Shown: piece after piece, positions 36,197 through 38,936 of the stretch | How positions within the stretch are numbered: the stretch's first letter is position 1 | How the letters are laid out: each line of letters opens with the position of its first letter | Notes under the pieces: model-generated | The model's input: only the letters and a program-made list of their open reading frames with translations | Databases searched by the model: none | What the model was told of the DNA's origin: nothing | Virus record (IMG/VR): IMGVR_UViG_3300001589_000046 | Coordinates: 1-38,936 of that record | DNA length: 38,936 nt | Strand: one strand, 5' to 3' | Source: a virus | Taxonomy: Duplodnaviria > Caudoviricetes | Made by a program: the position numbers and the translations under genes

Positions 36197-37897
36197 CTAT
36201 AAAGTATTTAATCCTGCTACGTTGATTAAACCATAAAATTCTGGTCTTACCATTTTCTTAGCATATCTAGTTAATAGACCTTTTCTAGGTACGAACGTAT
36301 CTGGATCGTATACTAGTGGAGTCATGATTAACGGAATATATGGAGCAAATACAGCACCACTTTCTAAGAACTGAGAACCTCTATATCCTAAAAGGATTTG
36401 GTTAGCAGTCATATAAGGATTTTTGTAAACTTTCTGACGGTCATTTAGAGCACCAACTTTTTGTACACCAAATGCATATGTCATTTTAGCAGCATCACCA
36501 TCAGAATTAGCAGCAAATCCTGGAATTGATTCTAGAATAGTTGCAACTGTTGGAGAAACTACCATAAAGTTAGCTCCACCTCTCAGTGTTTTCTGGTGAA
36601 TAATATTACTTAGTTTTTGGATTTTAGTTCCTAATGTTTGGAACCATTGTCCTTGTGAATTATAAAATCCAAGATCTCCTAATGCTATGTTAGCACCAGT
36701 TCCAGTAACTGACTGGTTGTTTACAGCTGACCAGTTTTCTGTTCCAGCAGCAGCAGACTCAATTAACATACTTAAGATTTCTAAGTCTATTTCTAATGAA
36801 ATATACTCACTTAAGATTGAAGTTAATTCAGCTTCAGCATCTAGAGCGTGGTAAGCGTTAAGATCTTGAGCAAATTCTGGAGTCCATACAGCTTTAAGTT
36901 TTCTAGTTTTAGCAACGATTGCAGATGATTGCATCTGAATGTTGATTTCTGGAATAACTTGCTCTGGGCAACAGTCATCACTGTTATTGTAAGAATTTGG
37001 TTTTGCATTTCCAGCTTCGAAATCACCTCTGAATTTATCAGTTGGTTGAAGTTGGTAATTCACCCAAATTGAACCAGTACCATTAGTAGCAAAGGCCGAT
37101 TTAGTAGCAACAAATGTAATGTCACCACCTTGTGAATATGCAGTAAATTCAGATAATTGAACACCTGGTACTGTTCCATCAGATCCTGTAATTACAGCAG
37201 CTGTTAATGAACCAGTAAAGACGTTAAATCCTTTAACTCCTTGTACATCAGCAAAAGCTAATGAAGAAGTTGGTACTGCAATAGCATAAAAATGACTTGC
37301 TGCAGAAGAAGCTGAATATGTACTGTTAAAGTTTAATTGGTCCCAAGTCGCAGTAGCCCAATCTCCCGCAACTAAAGTTACTTTTGATTGAGTATTTTGA
37401 ATTGAGTAACCAAATCTACCTGAACCGTATAATCCACCTTCATTTGTGTTACCAAATGGATTATTGTTAGCATCTTTGTTACCATATAATGAACCACCAG
37501 CACCGAAAGGTGTTTTAGCACTTCCATATTGGAAATCTAGATAAAACACTAGTCCTGAAGGTAAGTTCATTGGTTGTACTGATACGAATTCTTGGGCAGC
37601 TATCTGTCCAAAAACTTTACGTACCAATGGTAAAGCAACACCTGCCCACTGACCACCTACATTCACACCTGTTTGTGACTGAAATGTACCAGTAGAAGAC
37701 GCACCTCCACCTGTTGAGCTTTGCTCAACTACAAGTTGTTTAGCTTGGTTTTCAAGAATAATTCCCATATTATTTTTGTGGGAACCTCCTAAACCTTCTA
37801 ATAAACCTGTTTTTTCCCATTTACCAGCTAATTTAGCAGCATCACTCTGTAGTGATTGGTAAGGGTTTGCACTTTCTAAAAGAGAATTTAAACTCAT
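36197..37897 (-). CDS. gp23: Major capsid protein (T4 gp23 family)
   Basis: LPLVRKVF, VSVQPMNLPSGLVFYL, AKTRKLKAVWTPEFAQDLNAYHALDAEAELTSILSEYISLEIDLEI, TLRGGANF, FAPYIPL, DPDTFVPRKGLLTRYA. Confidence 0.97.
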   Translation of the reverse strand: MSLNSLLESANPYQSLQSDAAKLAGKWEKTGLLEGLGGSHKNNMGIILENQAKQLVVEQSSTGGGASSTGTFQSQTGVNVGGQWAGVALPLVRKVFGQIAAQEFVSVQPMNLPSGLVFYLDFQYGSAKTPFGAGGSLYGNKDANNNPFGNTNEGGLYGSGRFGYSIQNTQSKVTLVAGDWATATWDQLNFNSTYSASSAASHFYAIAVPTSSLAFADVQGVKGFNVFTGSLTAAVITGSDGTVPGVQLSEFTAYSQGGDITFVATKSAFATNGTGSIWVNYQLQPTDKFRGDFEAGNAKPNSYNNSDDCCPEQVIPEINIQMQSSAIVAKTRKLKAVWTPEFAQDLNAYHALDAEAELTSILSEYISLEIDLEILSMLIESAAAGTENWSAVNNQSVTGTGANIALGDLGFYNSQGQWFQTLGTKIQKLSNIIHQKTLRGGANFMVVSPTVATILESIPGFAANSDGDAAKMTYAFGVQKVGALNDRQKVYKNPYMTANQILLGYRGSQFLESGAVFAPYIPLIMTPLVYDPDTFVPRKGLLTRYAKKMVRPEFYGLINVAGLNTL

Positions 37898-37931
37898 TGT
37901 TTTCTGTTTTTAGGGTTATTAATTGATTTTT

Positions 37932-38936
37932 TTAAATTAAACCAGCTAGTTTACGCATTCTGTTGTAAACATCGTTTGATTCAATTATTGGTTGTTTTTT
38001 AGCTTCAGTTATTGTTCCAGTAGCTTTAGAAGCACTACCTTGTGGTCTTGTCTTAACTGCTGATTTTGATATTAAACCTTCGTTTAATGTTTCAAAAATA
38101 ACTTTAGCTTCTTTTACTGAAGACGCTTTGTCAAATGCCTTAAGCACTTTGACTTTTTTACCTTCAGATAAATTTTTAGATTTGAAAATTTTGTTTGTGT
38201 AAAGTAGTTTAGCATTTAAAAGGTTTACTTCATTCAATTCTTTTTTAAGCTCCTGGATTTCATCCATTGCTTCTTTGAATCTCATTTTTTCGGTCTCTTT
38301 TTCAATTCTAGAGTCATCTCTGTCTCCATCCTCGTTTCCAACACCTTTTTCGCCTTTGTCCATGTCTTTTGCTTCGTCGATTTCTATATCAACATCCACA
38401 TCTTCAACATCTTCCACATCCATCATTTCCATATCTTCCTCTTCGAATTCTCCGCCTGCTTCGATAGTTCCATCTGATACCATATCTTTAATAACATCTT
38501 CGATAAACCCTTTCAGGTCATCTTCAGACATATCTTCTAGATCGATATCTTCGTCATCCATATCTTCCTTTTCGTCCTTCATACCATCTTTGTAGCCTTC
38601 TTCTTCGGCATCTGTTCTGGCATCTTCTTTGACGTCCTCTTTATCTTCAGTTTCATCAATTTTGTCTTTGATATCTTTAGCATCTTCACCAGCATCTTTA
38701 GCTAGTTTAGATATTTGGTCTAAATCATCTCTGACAGCATCAACTTCTCTGTCGACTTTTTCTTTTTCGGAATCTGACATTTCTTCATCAAGTTCGGCTA
38801 ACAATTCATCAAGGTTAATTTCATCAAGCTCTTCTTTAGCTTCATCCATATCTTCTTTCTCTTCTTTCATATCATCTTTAGAATCCATTTCTTCTTTAAC
38901 GTCGTCTTCTTCATACTTTTTACCGTATCCTTCGTC
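37932..38936 (-). CDS. Prohead scaffold/core protein (5' end outside the window)
   Basis: Very acidic low-complexity region, then coiled coil LNEVNLLNAKLLYTNK and C-terminal RMRKLAGLI; directly upstream of the capsid gene; frame stays open to the window edge. Confidence 0.8.
   Translation of the reverse strand, partial: DEGYGKKYEEDDVKEEMDSKDDMKEEKEDMDEAKEELDEINLDELLAELDEEMSDSEKEKVDREVDAVRDDLDQISKLAKDAGEDAKDIKDKIDETEDKEDVKEDARTDAEEEGYKDGMKDEKEDMDDEDIDLEDMSEDDLKGFIEDVIKDMVSDGTIEAGGEFEEEDMEMMDVEDVEDVDVDIEIDEAKDMDKGEKGVGNEDGDRDDSRIEKETEKMRFKEAMDEIQELKKELNEVNLLNAKLLYTNKIFKSKNLSEGKKVKVLKAFDKASSVKEAKVIFETLNEGLISKSAVKTRPQGSASKATGTITEAKKQPIIESNDVYNRMRKLAGLI

Noticed and set aside
6203-38595. Short plus-strand ORFs (6203, 11381, 12543, 13208, 21312, 32464, 35194, 38275) and nested 36841-37026
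   Set aside because: All overlap well-supported genes and have no recognisable motifs.
1-38936. Stop-codon recoding, tRNA genes or rRNA genes
   Set aside because: Genes tile the strand under the standard code with TAA, TAG and TGA all used as stops; intergenic gaps are short and AT-rich, with no cloverleaf seen.

Overview
A 39-kb, AT-rich segment of a large contractile-tailed (T4-superfamily-like) dsDNA phage; every credible gene is on the minus strand. In transcription order it encodes: scaffold (partial), gp23-type major capsid protein, two small structural proteins, gp13/gp14/gp15-like neck and tail-terminator proteins, and a 2744-aa Gly-X-X (GSS/GTS) collagen-like fibre with four repeated globular nodes plus a partner protein. 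Next come a five-gene glycosylation island (a four-domain GT4 + Aah/TibC-like O-heptosyltransferase + GT-A-like + PIG-L-like fusion, two paralogous putative glycosyltransferases, an NDP-sugar C-methyltransferase and a PseB/CapD-like 4,6-dehydratase), tail sheath, tail tube and an inserted RadA-like ATPase cassette. The window ends with a gp26/gp51-like chaperone pair with a probable frameshift, tape measure, baseplate proteins and a hub protein carrying a split amidase. The strongest candidate for a new system is a phage-encoded protein O-glycosylation pathway placed directly behind a giant Ser/Thr-rich, almost proline-free collagen-like virion fibre. Promoter shape and the lack of Shine-Dalgarno sites suggest a Bacteroidota host (inference). 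All family assignments come from motif recognition by eye; no database searches were run, and domain boundaries are approximate.
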